Of a stretch of 61,517 nt of DNA, positions 27,916-37,129 are shown in pieces. The stretch comes from Candidatus Omnitrophota bacterium (GTDB lineage Bacteria; Omnitrophota; Gorgyraeia; Zapsychrales; JANLHA01): assembly GCA_040753435.1 (NCBI GenBank), contig JBFMEN010000047.1, positions 1-61,517 on the forward strand, given 5' to 3'. Position numbers and translations under genes: made by a program. The notes beneath the pieces are model-generated. The model searched no databases, was not told the DNA's origin, and saw nothing but the letters and a program-made list of their open reading frames with translations. The first letter of the stretch is position 1. Each line of letters begins with the position of its first letter.

Positions 27916-29550
27916 TCAAGCAACTATAAATGGCTTATTATACATATTTACCAGTGTCCTTAACTCTCGTTCATTCCAAATCCACATGTGTTCCTGAAGA
28001 GCACGAACACGCACCTCTTCACCCAGGTCCTGAAGGGTGATCAGGATACAGCGTTGAGGCTTTGCATATCTCTGTTTGATTTCGCTAAGGATTGACGCAA
28101 GATCTTGTTCTTTAATCTCATCTTTCTTCAACAATACAAACCATTCTCCTTCTGACGTTGAGGCGCGGATAAAATCAAATCCGGCTTCGGGCAATAAAGA
28201 AATATCTTCGGCGGCAATGTTTTCAAAAACAGGCAGTTTGTACTTTCTGCCGTCTAACTGAAATGACTCATTATCAAAACAATTGAGCAAATCAATAATT
28301 CTTGAAGGGGTGTCCTTCTGCTCCTGAATTCTGAAATCATCTAATGCTCGCGCAAATTCCTCGCGGAATTGTTGCCGCTGATAATCAGGATCAGTTTCAA
28401 TTGTTTCCCTCCGTCTTTGATAAACAAAATAAAGCCAATATCGGAAAAGGCGGTCTCGGATGTAAAACGATTTGCTGCTTTTACCTACCAGACCCATTTC
28501 CTGAAGCCTGTTAAGTTTCGGGGTCAACCCTCCCTGCTTGATGCCCATTCGCCCGGCAAGTGTTTTAATCTTCTGCTTCTCTTGAGAAAGAAATATCAGA
28601 ATATCAGCATAAATTAAATTGCCTTTCCCAAAACAAAGATGATGTGTTGTGAGATCAAAATGCCGGCTCAAAACCCCCCAAGAATCAAATAAGATGTCCT
28701 CAACGGCTTGTGACAGTAACGGCACAAAGATCTCTTTTTGATGATGCAATGTGGCGAATGACAAAAGCTTTTCACACATCAAACGCAAATAAAGCGGGTG
28801 CCCCCCCGTAAAATCGACTAAAAAACTCTTCAAATCATCTCCGATCCTGACCTCTTGCAAATGTTTAGTCACATAATCACTGCACGTCTTTAAGCCAAAA
28901 GCACTCACTTCAATAATTTCAAAATTTCCGAAGAGCAGTGACAATTTTTCAGCCAAAATCATCCTGGCCTGTTCATGGGCTGAACTTGCAAAAATATACA
29001 AACATTGTTTTTGCGTCATAATCGTCTTGCCTAATTCCTGAAAAACTTCTGGGATTCCCAATTCCATCAGGCATTGAAACTCATCAACAGCCAAAATGCA
29101 AAAAAGCCCTGTCTCAGCGGAAAAAATCTGAGGCAGGGCAATTGCATCTTTATATGCTTCAACTTTTTTTGAATGTCGAAGATGCTTTTGGATTCTGCCT
29201 ATAACAGCCGTTGTCTTCGGGATTAATGACTGGGTCGTTTCAACAAGAAGGTTCAAATCCTGATGAAGCGGAAGAGAACGAATTTTAGAAAACTCATATA
29301 GAATTGTTCCCGCTACTTTTCTGCAAAAGTAATCCACATCTTTGTATTCAACATCAATATAAAGCTGGATTGAATCCGGAGCGGAGATTTCCGAGAGGAA
29401 TTTATGAAGAATAAAGGTTTTTCCGATGTAACGATCGCCGATTAGAGCGACGTTCTGTCGATAGCCGTCCTTAAAATCGAGGACTCTTTTACGCAGTTGA
29501 TCGATAATCTTTTTACGCCCATAAAATTTTTCAATCGACGCCAAAGGCAT
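27916..29550 (-). CDS. archaeal-type (MJ/STAND-like) ATPase with winged helix and C-terminal nuclease-like fold
   Basis: FYGR, GDRYIGKT Walker A, VDEFQ Walker B, TGGHP, wHTH, RDRLFRYW. Confidence 0.7.
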   Translation of the reverse strand: MPLASIEKFYGRKKIIDQLRKRVLDFKDGYRQNVALIGDRYIGKTFILHKFLSEISAPDSIQLYIDVEYKDVDYFCRKVAGTILYEFSKIRSLPLHQDLNLLVETTQSLIPKTTAVIGRIQKHLRHSKKVEAYKDAIALPQIFSAETGLFCILAVDEFQCLMELGIPEVFQELGKTIMTQKQCLYIFASSAHEQARMILAEKLSLLFGNFEIIEVSAFGLKTCSDYVTKHLQEVRIGDDLKSFLVDFTGGHPLYLRLMCEKLLSFATLHHQKEIFVPLLSQAVEDILFDSWGVLSRHFDLTTHHLCFGKGNLIYADILIFLSQEKQKIKTLAGRMGIKQGGLTPKLNRLQEMGLVGKSSKSFYIRDRLFRYWLYFVYQRRRETIETDPDYQRQQFREEFARALDDFRIQEQKDTPSRIIDLLNCFDNESFQLDGRKYKLPVFENIAAEDISLLPEAGFDFIRASTSEGEWFVLLKKDEIKEQDLASILSEIKQRYAKPQRCILITLQDLGEEVRVRALQEHMWIWNERELRTLVNMYNKPFIVA

Positions 29551-29561
29551 AAATCAATCTC

Positions 29562-30224
29562 CTAAAACTTGGGCAAATAAAACAACGGGTTCATTGCTGT
29601 TCCGTTTCGGCGAATTTCAAAATAAAGAAAACTGTCTTCACCGCTTCTTGATGTGGCGATAGCCTGGCCTTGACGTACCTCATCGCCAAGGGCGATGGAA
29701 AACTGACCATTATTCGCGTACACTGACATCAGTCCGTCATGATGATCGATAATCACAGTTGAACCATATCCCAATAAATCATCAGCAAAAACAACTTCAC
29801 CTTGTCTCACTGCGGTGATTGGCGATCTTGATCCTGCTTTGATCCGGATTCCCTGCTTCAAAAGCCCGCGAGAGGAAGAAAAATGACTTAAGACCGGCCC
29901 TTTCAGCGGCCATGAGAAACCATCTTTAGGTGAATGGTCTTCCGATATCACGATATCCAGAACATGATCCGCCCCCGGGATGAAGATCTTTTCTCCGGGA
30001 CGCAGCAAAGACGCGTCACTGATATTATTCAGGGCGATCACCTGATCGATATCCACGTTATAACTTTGAGCAATGCGCCACAAAGTTTGTCCCTTTTTAA
30101 CGGGATGAAAGACCCCTTTTCCTCTTTCTTTCGAAATCGGAGCCGTTTCAGGATAATATACTGAAACACAACCTGTTAAAAAGACAATCAAAAACCATGT
30201 CGTGGCGAATAATGAATATTTCAG
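29562..30224 (-). CDS. LysM plus M23-family lipoprotein (NlpD-like)
   Basis: LTG|C lipobox, LysM (HPVKKGQTLWRIA), WPLKG, M23 fold with HxxxD and HxH degenerate (QGIRI, YANN, LYFE); proposed CTG start 30224 with AGGGG SD. Confidence 0.8.
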   Translation of the reverse strand: MKYSLFATTWFLIVFLTGCVSVYYPETAPISKERGKGVFHPVKKGQTLWRIAQSYNVDIDQVIALNNISDASLLRPGEKIFIPGADHVLDIVISEDHSPKDGFSWPLKGPVLSHFSSSRGLLKQGIRIKAGSRSPITAVRQGEVVFADDLLGYGSTVIIDHHDGLMSVYANNGQFSIALGDEVRQGQAIATSRSGEDSFLYFEIRRNGTAMNPLFYLPKF

Positions 30225-30245
30225 AGAGCGGCCCCTGTTAAAAAA

Positions 30246-30319
30246 TGGAGCGAGGGACGGGAATCGAACCCGCGTAGCCAGCTTGGGAAGCTGAAATTCT
30301 ACCACTGAATTACCCTCGC
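30246..30319 (-). tRNA. tRNA-Gly (anticodon CCC)
   Basis: cloverleaf by hand: acceptor GCGAGGG/CCCTCGC, D stem ATTC/GAAT, anticodon loop TTCCCAA, T loop TTCGATT, encoded CCA; 74 nt. Confidence 0.97.
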
Positions 30320-30348
30320 AAAATTTATTGAAGTTGCTCAGCAACGAC

Positions 30349-30987
30349 TTAAGCCTTATTAATTTTTTCTTTTAGCCTTTTCGCCGCCAATGCCGCATCT
30401 GCCGCCATACAAATCGCTCGAGTAACTGCTGCCCGACGATATCCACATGACAACAAACTTTCAATGTTATCACAGGTTATTCCGCCGATCGGAAATACCG
30501 GAATCGATAACTTTTCCTTCACATCGGTCAACAGCTTTAAATCAAGAGGAGATCTTTCCGGCTTGGTTAATGTTTTAAAAACCGAACCAAAACCGATATA
30601 ATCTGCTCCTTGCTGTTGCGCTTCAATAGCCTGGGACAATGTCTGGCAGGAAACGCCGATAATAAAATTCTTACCGGCTAAACGTCTGGCATGAGATAAT
30701 GGAATATCATCTTGACCGACATGAACCCCGTCGGCATTCGACGATAATGCGATATCTAAACGATCATTAACGATAAATAAATGTTTACCGCCCAGCCTCC
30801 TGATGACCCGTGAAGAAAACTCCATTATCGCCCGCGCGGAACCAGCCTTATCCCGTATTTGGAAAATATCAACACCCATGATCGCAGAAGCATCAAGAAT
30901 ATCAAATAGCTTTTCATACCCTGCGACCTGTGTATCCAATACGCAATACAACTGAGCCTGCCTCAACAATTGACCCTTATCATTCAT
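30349..30987 (-). CDS. thiE: thiamine-phosphate synthase
   Basis: QIRDK, IVNDR, DGVHVGQDD, GADYIGFG, TKP, PIGGI. Confidence 0.93.
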   Translation of the reverse strand: MNDKGQLLRQAQLYCVLDTQVAGYEKLFDILDASAIMGVDIFQIRDKAGSARAIMEFSSRVIRRLGGKHLFIVNDRLDIALSSNADGVHVGQDDIPLSHARRLAGKNFIIGVSCQTLSQAIEAQQQGADYIGFGSVFKTLTKPERSPLDLKLLTDVKEKLSIPVFPIGGITCDNIESLLSCGYRRAAVTRAICMAADAALAAKRLKEKINKA

Positions 30988-31012
30988 GAATCGATACTTT
31001 AAGAATTTAAGA

Positions 31013-31021
31013 ATTATAACA
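31013..31021 (-). promoter_or_regulatory. putative internal extended -10 promoter of thiE
   Basis: TGtTATAAT 25 nt upstream of the thiE ATG; no -35. Confidence 0.4.
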
Positions 31022-31029
31022 TTCTTTTA

Positions 31030-31452
31030 TTATTTATAAAATGAAAACTTTCTGACAAGAATTGCTTCTAAATAATAAATCTGATATCGCAGCCGCTTGA
31101 ACCTTTCTGCCGCATCCTTCCGCATCAACTTTGAAATTTCTTCGAGTACACGCACAGACTCTTTAACACGCTGTAAATTCGCTAATAATATGTCTTCAAC
31201 ATTCTTACGTTTCATCTCGGACGCTGTCGATGTCTTTCCGATATCTTTTTTTATATCTCTGGCCTCAATAATCTCTTTCCAATTCAAAACTTTCATCAAA
31301 TCAGTCAATTCATGTCTGGCTTCTTTAAAGGCCCGTGTCACTACTCGTTGATTAAAAGCAAAACGCGATACGTCCTCACATACCCTCAATCCTTCTTTTG
31401 CCCTGTTGAAATTGGCATCTAAAAGACGATAAAGCCTTCGATCCGTCATCAT
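31030..31452 (-). CDS. ThiD2-like domain (N-terminal domain of cyanobacterial ThiE) as a separate gene
   Basis: RLLDANFNRAKEGLRVCED, ANLQRVKESVRVLEE, FKRLRYQIY. Confidence 0.8.
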   Translation of the reverse strand: MMTDRRLYRLLDANFNRAKEGLRVCEDVSRFAFNQRVVTRAFKEARHELTDLMKVLNWKEIIEARDIKKDIGKTSTASEMKRKNVEDILLANLQRVKESVRVLEEISKLMRKDAAERFKRLRYQIYYLEAILVRKFSFYK

Positions 31453-31931
31453 CTTCCGCCTTTAATTCTGCTGATTATATTGGTCGTCGACAGCCCAGAC
31501 ACATATTCAATCAGCTCGACTTTCCCGCCCCGTCCTTTAACGATATCCGCTCCAGCAATATCGTCTTCTTTCCAATCCGCCCCTTTAATCAAGATGTCCG
31601 GTTGAATCGCTTTAATCAATTCATAAGGAGTATCTTCGTCAAAAATCGTAACAAAGCTGACACAAGCCATGGCAGCCAAAACCCCTGCCCTGCATAACTC
31701 ATTGTTAATCGGGCGCTGAGGGCCTTTGATAGAATGAACAGAACGATCACTGTTCAGCCCAACGATCAAAATACGGTCTTTTCCACTGGCGCCTTCCAAA
31801 TAACTGATATGTCCATAATGAAGGATATCAAAACATCCATTAGTAAAGGCAATTGTCTTGCCTTGTTTGCGGAGGTCTGCAATTTTTCTTTTAAGAGCGG
31901 GGAGTTTTAGGATTTTATTTCTCGTGGTCAT
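31449..31931 (-). CDS. rfaE2: D-glycero-beta-D-manno-heptose 1-phosphate adenylyltransferase
   Basis: FTNGCFDILHYGH, VGLNSD, KGADW, STTNII. Confidence 0.93.
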   Translation of the reverse strand: MTTRNKILKLPALKRKIADLRKQGKTIAFTNGCFDILHYGHISYLEGASGKDRILIVGLNSDRSVHSIKGPQRPINNELCRAGVLAAMACVSFVTIFDEDTPYELIKAIQPDILIKGADWKEDDIAGADIVKGRGGKVELIEYVSGLSTTNIISRIKGGR

Positions 31932-31968
31932 TTTTAAACATCTTTCACGCTTTCAGCAATCATTAATA

Positions 31969-32544
31969 CTAAAACTGCTCTTCAATCAATTCACAAATCA
32001 CGTGAGCAATAGTAATATGGGATTCCTGGATACGCGCTGTCACTTTCGAGGGAACGGACATACACAAATCAGCTACCTTAAGAAGATTTCCTCCTCCCTG
32101 ACCGGTCAAAACTATAGTCTTCAGGCCTTTGGCTTTGGCCGTCTGGATACCGGATACTACATTCCTGGAATTCCCGCTTGTAGAAATTCCAAGGGCCACA
32201 TCCCCCGGCTCCCCCAGCCCCTCAATCTGTCTGCTAAAAACGATATCAAATCCATAATCGTTGGCTAGCGCCGTCAGGATGGATGTATCTGTGCTTAAGG
32301 CAATGGCGGGTAAAGCTTGCCGTTCCTTTTGAAAACGACCAATAAACTCGGCGGCAATATGTTGACTATCCGCTGCAGAACCACCGTTTCCGAAAACAAT
32401 AATCTTGTTCCCGCCTTTTAAAACATTACCGATGATTTCGACGGCTTGCTGAATCTTATCCAAATTGTCTGCCAACGCCTGCTGTTTAACAGCAATGCTT
32501 TCTTGAAAGATTTCCTGAATTCTCTCTAACATTTTCTGCTTCAT
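31969..32544 (-). CDS. gmhA: phosphoheptose isomerase
   Basis: FGNGGSAADSQH, ANDYG, ISTSGNS, TARIQESH. Confidence 0.96.
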   Translation of the reverse strand: MKQKMLERIQEIFQESIAVKQQALADNLDKIQQAVEIIGNVLKGGNKIIVFGNGGSAADSQHIAAEFIGRFQKERQALPAIALSTDTSILTALANDYGFDIVFSRQIEGLGEPGDVALGISTSGNSRNVVSGIQTAKAKGLKTIVLTGQGGGNLLKVADLCMSVPSKVTARIQESHITIAHVICELIEEQF

Positions 32545-32564
32545 TTTTCACCTGAACTCTTTTT

Positions 32565-33587
32565 TTAAGAGGCAAAAAAGACCGTTGCTACTTTGTAAAG
32601 CTCCATATCAATGGTTTTACGTTTTTTTATGGCATTGGCAATTGGCACCGAATTCAGCCGATTATCCCTGAAACTTACCATCATCCCGAATTTCTCTTCT
32701 TTAGCCAATTCAACCGCTTTAATGCCAAACTGCGTTCCAATCAAACGATCATATGCCGTCGGAGTCCCTCCGCGTTGAATATGACCAAGAACGCTCACGC
32801 GAGTCTCATAGCCAGTATCATCCTCAATTTTTTTGGCGACATACTCACCCACTCCACTAAAATGCCGTATATGGAGAGGATCAATTGCATTGCGAGAAAA
32901 ACCTTTAATGTTAGCGCCTTCTGAAACGACGATGATGCTGAAGGTTTTGCCCCTGCGATGCCTGGCCTTTAATTCATTGCATACTTTATCCATGTCTGAT
33001 TCAATTTCAGGAATTAAAATGACATCGGCTCCTCCGGCAATCCCGGACTCAAGAGCAATCCATCCGGTATATTGCCCCATGACTTCAATAACGATAATCC
33101 GATGGTGACTTTCTGCGGTTGTGTGAAGCCTGTCAATACATTCTGTGGCGACATTCACGGCCGTATCAAAACCAAACGCATAATCTGTTCCCGAAAGAGC
33201 ATTATCAATAGACTTGGGAACTCCAATGACTTTAATAAGTCCTTCTTTGTTGAGACTCAAAGCAATCTTAAGGGTTTCCTCGCCTCCCACCGCAATTAAA
33301 GCATCAATACCACTGCGTTTATAATTCTCGGCAATTGCTTCCACGTCCTGCCTGTTGTCCAAAGGATTGATTCTGCTGGTCCCCAGAATGGTTCCTCCCT
33401 TATCCAGAATGCCTGAGGTCATCCTTGCGTCCAAAACCTTCATGTCATTGTCAATTAATCCCTGCCAGCCGTTTTTAATACCTAAAACAACATAACCTTC
33501 CATCATCCCTTTCCGGACGACAGCACGAATAACAGAGTTTAAACCGGGACAATCTGCACCGCCTGTTAAAATCCCGATCTTTTTCAT
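32565..33587 (-). CDS. pfkA: 6-phosphofructokinase family protein with atypical active-site residues
   Basis: DCPGLN, GGTILGTSR, VPKSIDN, TTAESH, LGHIQRGG. Confidence 0.85.
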   Translation of the reverse strand: MKKIGILTGGADCPGLNSVIRAVVRKGMMEGYVVLGIKNGWQGLIDNDMKVLDARMTSGILDKGGTILGTSRINPLDNRQDVEAIAENYKRSGIDALIAVGGEETLKIALSLNKEGLIKVIGVPKSIDNALSGTDYAFGFDTAVNVATECIDRLHTTAESHHRIIVIEVMGQYTGWIALESGIAGGADVILIPEIESDMDKVCNELKARHRRGKTFSIIVVSEGANIKGFSRNAIDPLHIRHFSGVGEYVAKKIEDDTGYETRVSVLGHIQRGGTPTAYDRLIGTQFGIKAVELAKEEKFGMMVSFRDNRLNSVPIANAIKKRKTIDMELYKVATVFFAS

Positions 33588-33687
33588 GAAGGCACCACCT
33601 TTTAAAAAGTTTTTATGGAAAAATTTTTTAAAAAGGCATTTATATCAAAAAATGAATTTCCGGAGAAGGCAACTATTTCTCTATCTC

Positions 33688-34290
33688 TTAAGCGCGATAG
33701 CCTTCAAAAGGGCCGGATTGAGACGGAGAAATTGGTTTCTCCTCTTTCTTTTTAATACTTACCTGCGGGATGATCTTTGTTACATCGACCTCAACCAAAA
33801 TGCTTTCTTCCAGCCCAATCATATCCTGAATTTTGCGCTGAATCGTTTTCTGAACCCTGGAAGATACTTCGGGGATATTAACATCCCCGCTAAGAACTAA
33901 TCTGGCTTGAACATTTAATCCCTTTTTCCCGGCCAGAATCGATGTTCGCACCTCTTTGACTTCAGCGGCCTGCAAAACTACCCGCCGAATAAGATCTTCC
34001 ATGGCAGCCAGAGAAACACTAACACGCCCCTCTGGATTATCAAAAGCAATATTGCGTTCTTTCTGATGAACTCCATAGATTGTTTTAGCCATAAGGTGAG
34101 TCTTGATAAGCAGCAGCAATGCGATCAATCCGAAGAGAAGCCGCATCTTAGGTTCATAATAAATGATATCCAGAATTTCCTGCGTCAAATCCCGTGGGAT
34201 AATATGGGCAACAAATAATGACAAAAAGCAAACAAACAACAAAATAACAACTTCATAAAATAAAACCGCCAAACGGACACGAAGTTTCAT
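33688..34290 (-). CDS. AmaP-like membrane anchor protein
   Basis: two N-terminal TMs, GRVSVS...EDL, Asp23-like C-domain; coupled to asp23. Confidence 0.75.
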   Translation of the reverse strand: MKLRVRLAVLFYEVVILLFVCFLSLFVAHIIPRDLTQEILDIIYYEPKMRLLFGLIALLLLIKTHLMAKTIYGVHQKERNIAFDNPEGRVSVSLAAMEDLIRRVVLQAAEVKEVRTSILAGKKGLNVQARLVLSGDVNIPEVSSRVQKTIQRKIQDMIGLEESILVEVDVTKIIPQVSIKKKEEKPISPSQSGPFEGYRA

Positions 34291-34643
34291 TGTTCCCCCC
34301 TCTCAATTCCGCGAATATTGATATTAACGTCCTTAAGATCGATGTCAACTGCCCGCTCAATCGCTACACGGACAACCTCCTGGGCTCTTGAAGCAAGATC
34401 AGGGATGCTTAGACCATATTGAATAAAAACTTTAATCTCGACACTGACTTGATTATTTTTATCCACAGAAACCTTAACCCCTGGATTTTTGTTAACCCCG
34501 ATGAATTCCTGGATTTTATCAAGAATTCCATCCTGGGCTAATGAAAGTCCTTTGATTTCAGCAATGGCATTCGCCGCAATATCCGCAATTACATGCTTGT
34601 GTATCTGAATTGACCCCAGATCCAATCTCTGATTCTCTCTCAT
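34287..34643 (-). CDS. Asp23/Gls24 family protein (YqhY-like)
   Basis: GSIQI...VIADIA, GVKV, YGLSIP...Q..V, VNINIRGI; GGAGG SD before ATG 34643. Confidence 0.88.
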   Translation of the reverse strand: MRENQRLDLGSIQIHKHVIADIAANAIAEIKGLSLAQDGILDKIQEFIGVNKNPGVKVSVDKNNQVSVEIKVFIQYGLSIPDLASRAQEVVRVAIERAVDIDLKDVNINIRGIERGEQ

Positions 34644-34644
34644 C

Positions 34645-36000
34645 TTAATCCTCCGCCTCATTTTTCATATTTTTTTCAAGAAAATGTGTTGAGATCTTAC
34701 CTTCAATAAACAATGGGTGCTCCAGTATTTCTGCATGGAGACCTATTGTGGTTTTGATTGGGCTAATATGAAATTCATCCAGCGCACGGCGCATAATACT
34801 AATCGCCTCTTTACGGGTGGATGCAAATGTAATGAGTTTTGCAACCAACGAATCATAAAAAGGCGAGATCGTATATCCTGGATAAATATGAGTATCAATA
34901 CGAACACCGCGTCCTCCCGGAAGATTCAACTGCTCGATCTTTCCCGGGGAAGGCATAAAATTATTTCGAGGGTCTTCTGCGTTGATCCGGCATTCAATAG
35001 CAGCGCCCCTTATAATGATATCTTCCTGTTTAAATGTCAGAGTCTCCCCCGCAGCCATCCGAATCTGCTCCTTGATGAGATCGACTCCCGTAACCATTTC
35101 GGTCACAGGATGCTCGACCTGGATCCTGGTATTCATCTCCATAAAATAAAACTGATTGTTTGCGTCGAGCAAAAATTCAATAGTCCCAACGCCATGATAA
35201 TTAGCTGCCTTGGCCGCATCTACTGCTGCCTTCCCAATCTCTTTACGGAGCTTCTCTGACAAGGCGGGGGAAGGTGTTTCCTCGATCAATTTTTGATGCC
35301 TTCGCTGTATACTGCAATCACGCTCCCCCAGATGGATCACATTTCCATATTGATCGGCAAGGATTTGAAATTCGATATGGCGAGGATCAACAATATACTT
35401 TTCGATATAAACATCGGGGTTTCCAAAATTTGCTTCTGCCTCTTTACGTGCCATGGAAAAAGAACTTGTTAATGTTACATCATTATGACAAACCCTCATC
35501 CCTTTTCCGCCACCACCTGCAGCCGCCTTTATAATCACCGGATATTTAATCTCTTTCGCTACCTCAAGCGCCTGCTGGGCGTCATTTACCACGCCCTTTC
35601 CTCCCGGAGTAAGAGGAATATTGATCTTGCGCATGGTCTCTCGTGCCTGAACCTTATCTCCCATTAAACGGATTGATTCAGGGCTCGGCCCAATGAAACA
35701 AATATTGCAGGATCCGCAGATTTCTGCAAAATGGGCGTTCTCTGAAAGAAAACCATATCCTGGATGAATGGCATCGACATCGGTAACCTCAGCGGCTGAA
35801 ATAATGGCTGGAATGTTTAAATAACTTTCCGAGCTTTTGGCAGGGCCGATACAAACTGCCTCATCGGCAAAACGTACATGAAGGGAGTCCCGGTCGGCTT
35901 GTGAAAAGACGGCTACGGTTTGGATCCCCATCTCCCGGCAGGCACGAATAATCCTTAAAGCGATTTCTCCCCGATTAGCAATTAAAATCTTTGAAAACAT
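34645..36000 (-). CDS. accC: acetyl-CoA carboxylase biotin carboxylase subunit
   Basis: [43 protein letters not shown]. Confidence 0.98.
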   Translation of the reverse strand: MFSKILIANRGEIALRIIRACREMGIQTVAVFSQADRDSLHVRFADEAVCIGPAKSSESYLNIPAIISAAEVTDVDAIHPGYGFLSENAHFAEICGSCNICFIGPSPESIRLMGDKVQARETMRKINIPLTPGGKGVVNDAQQALEVAKEIKYPVIIKAAAGGGGKGMRVCHNDVTLTSSFSMARKEAEANFGNPDVYIEKYIVDPRHIEFQILADQYGNVIHLGERDCSIQRRHQKLIEETPSPALSEKLRKEIGKAAVDAAKAANYHGVGTIEFLLDANNQFYFMEMNTRIQVEHPVTEMVTGVDLIKEQIRMAAGETLTFKQEDIIIRGAAIECRINAEDPRNNFMPSPGKIEQLNLPGGRGVRIDTHIYPGYTISPFYDSLVAKLITFASTRKEAISIMRRALDEFHISPIKTTIGLHAEILEHPLFIEGKISTHFLEKNMKNEAED

Positions 36001-36039
36001 GGCAAACTTTCTTTAATAAGTTTAGACCTTTCCTGAAAT

Positions 36040-36504
36040 TTATACTGGCTCCACTAAAAACAATGGCTGACCAAATTCTACAGGCTCGGCGTTATTGACA
36101 AGGACATCAGCAACTTTACCTTTAATTTCCGATTTAATCTCATTCATCAACTTCATGGCTTCAACAATACAAACTACCTGGCCGATATCGACAATCTGGC
36201 CGATTTCCACAAACGGCGCGGATTCCGGAGATGGCGCGCGATAGAATGTTCCTACCATCGGAGATGCAATCTCAACTCCCGCTGTAGCAGCACCGGATAC
36301 AGATTGTTGAGCAGCGACTGGTGAAGGCGAGGAAGCTACTGGCATATTATGAATAACCGGAGCCGCAGCTTGAAAACTCGGTGCGGCCATCATTTGCGAT
36401 CCCTTTTTAAGTTTCAGCTTTGCGCCCTCGCGCTCCACCTCCACTTCAGTAAGCTCATTCTCATTCATGAGCTTAATAATCTCCTTGATTTCTTTTAAAT
36501 TCAT
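36040..36504 (-). CDS. accB: biotin carboxyl carrier protein
   Basis: SPMVGTFY, EAMKLMNEI, VEFGQPL. Confidence 0.98.
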   Translation of the reverse strand: MNLKEIKEIIKLMNENELTEVEVEREGAKLKLKKGSQMMAAPSFQAAAPVIHNMPVASSPSPVAAQQSVSGAATAGVEIASPMVGTFYRAPSPESAPFVEIGQIVDIGQVVCIVEAMKLMNEIKSEIKGKVADVLVNNAEPVEFGQPLFLVEPV

Positions 36505-37067
36505 TTTTGGATCCTTTCGACGTACTGACCGCTACGCGTGTCAATTTTAATCCAATCTCCTTGACTTATAAACAAAGGAACTTGAATAACCGCTCCTGTT
36601 TGAATTTTGGCCGCCTTGGTCCCTGCCCTGGAAGAATCGCCTTTAATTCCTGGCTCAGCCTCAACAATTTCAGCTTCAATGAAATTAGGCAAGACAACTC
36701 TAAGCGCTTTATTTTCGTACATAAATCCTGTAACTGCAAGATTTTCCAATAAAAATTTCTCAGATCCTCCCAGCCTTTCCAAAGAAACCTCAACTTCTTC
36801 GTACGTTTCATGATTCATAAAATGATATATATTGCCCGCGCTATAAAGAAACTCCATTTCATGCTCCTCAAGAGGAATATCTTCTAATTTATCAGCGGTT
36901 CGAAATGTACGTTCAAGAACTGCATCTGTTTTAATATTCTTTAGTTTAACTCGACAAAACGCACTCCCTTTCCCCGGCTTAACATGCTGATATTCCATAA
37001 CGAGGTAGATCTCACCATCGATATTCAATCCCATGCCCGAGACCAGTTGATTAATTCCGATTGTCAT
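36501..37067 (-). CDS. efp: elongation factor P
   Basis: HVKPGKGSAF, PGIKGD, VPLFI, DTRSGQYVER; AAAGGA SD before ATG 37067. Confidence 0.97.
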   Translation of the reverse strand: MTIGINQLVSGMGLNIDGEIYLVMEYQHVKPGKGSAFCRVKLKNIKTDAVLERTFRTADKLEDIPLEEHEMEFLYSAGNIYHFMNHETYEEVEVSLERLGGSEKFLLENLAVTGFMYENKALRVVLPNFIEAEIVEAEPGIKGDSSRAGTKAAKIQTGAVIQVPLFISQGDWIKIDTRSGQYVERIQK

Positions 37068-37129
37068 ACAATTATTATCCTTTCGAAAAAACACAGACAG
37101 TCGATTTCCAATTTCCTGTCATTTTTAAT

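Noticed and set aside
30246-30319. tRNA-Gly as an integration site
   Set aside because: No duplicated tRNA 3' end, integrase or foreign-looking block was seen; the flanking genes are housekeeping.
30225-30344. N-terminal extension of the LysM/M23 ORF
   Set aside because: It is the tRNA-Gly sequence read in frame.
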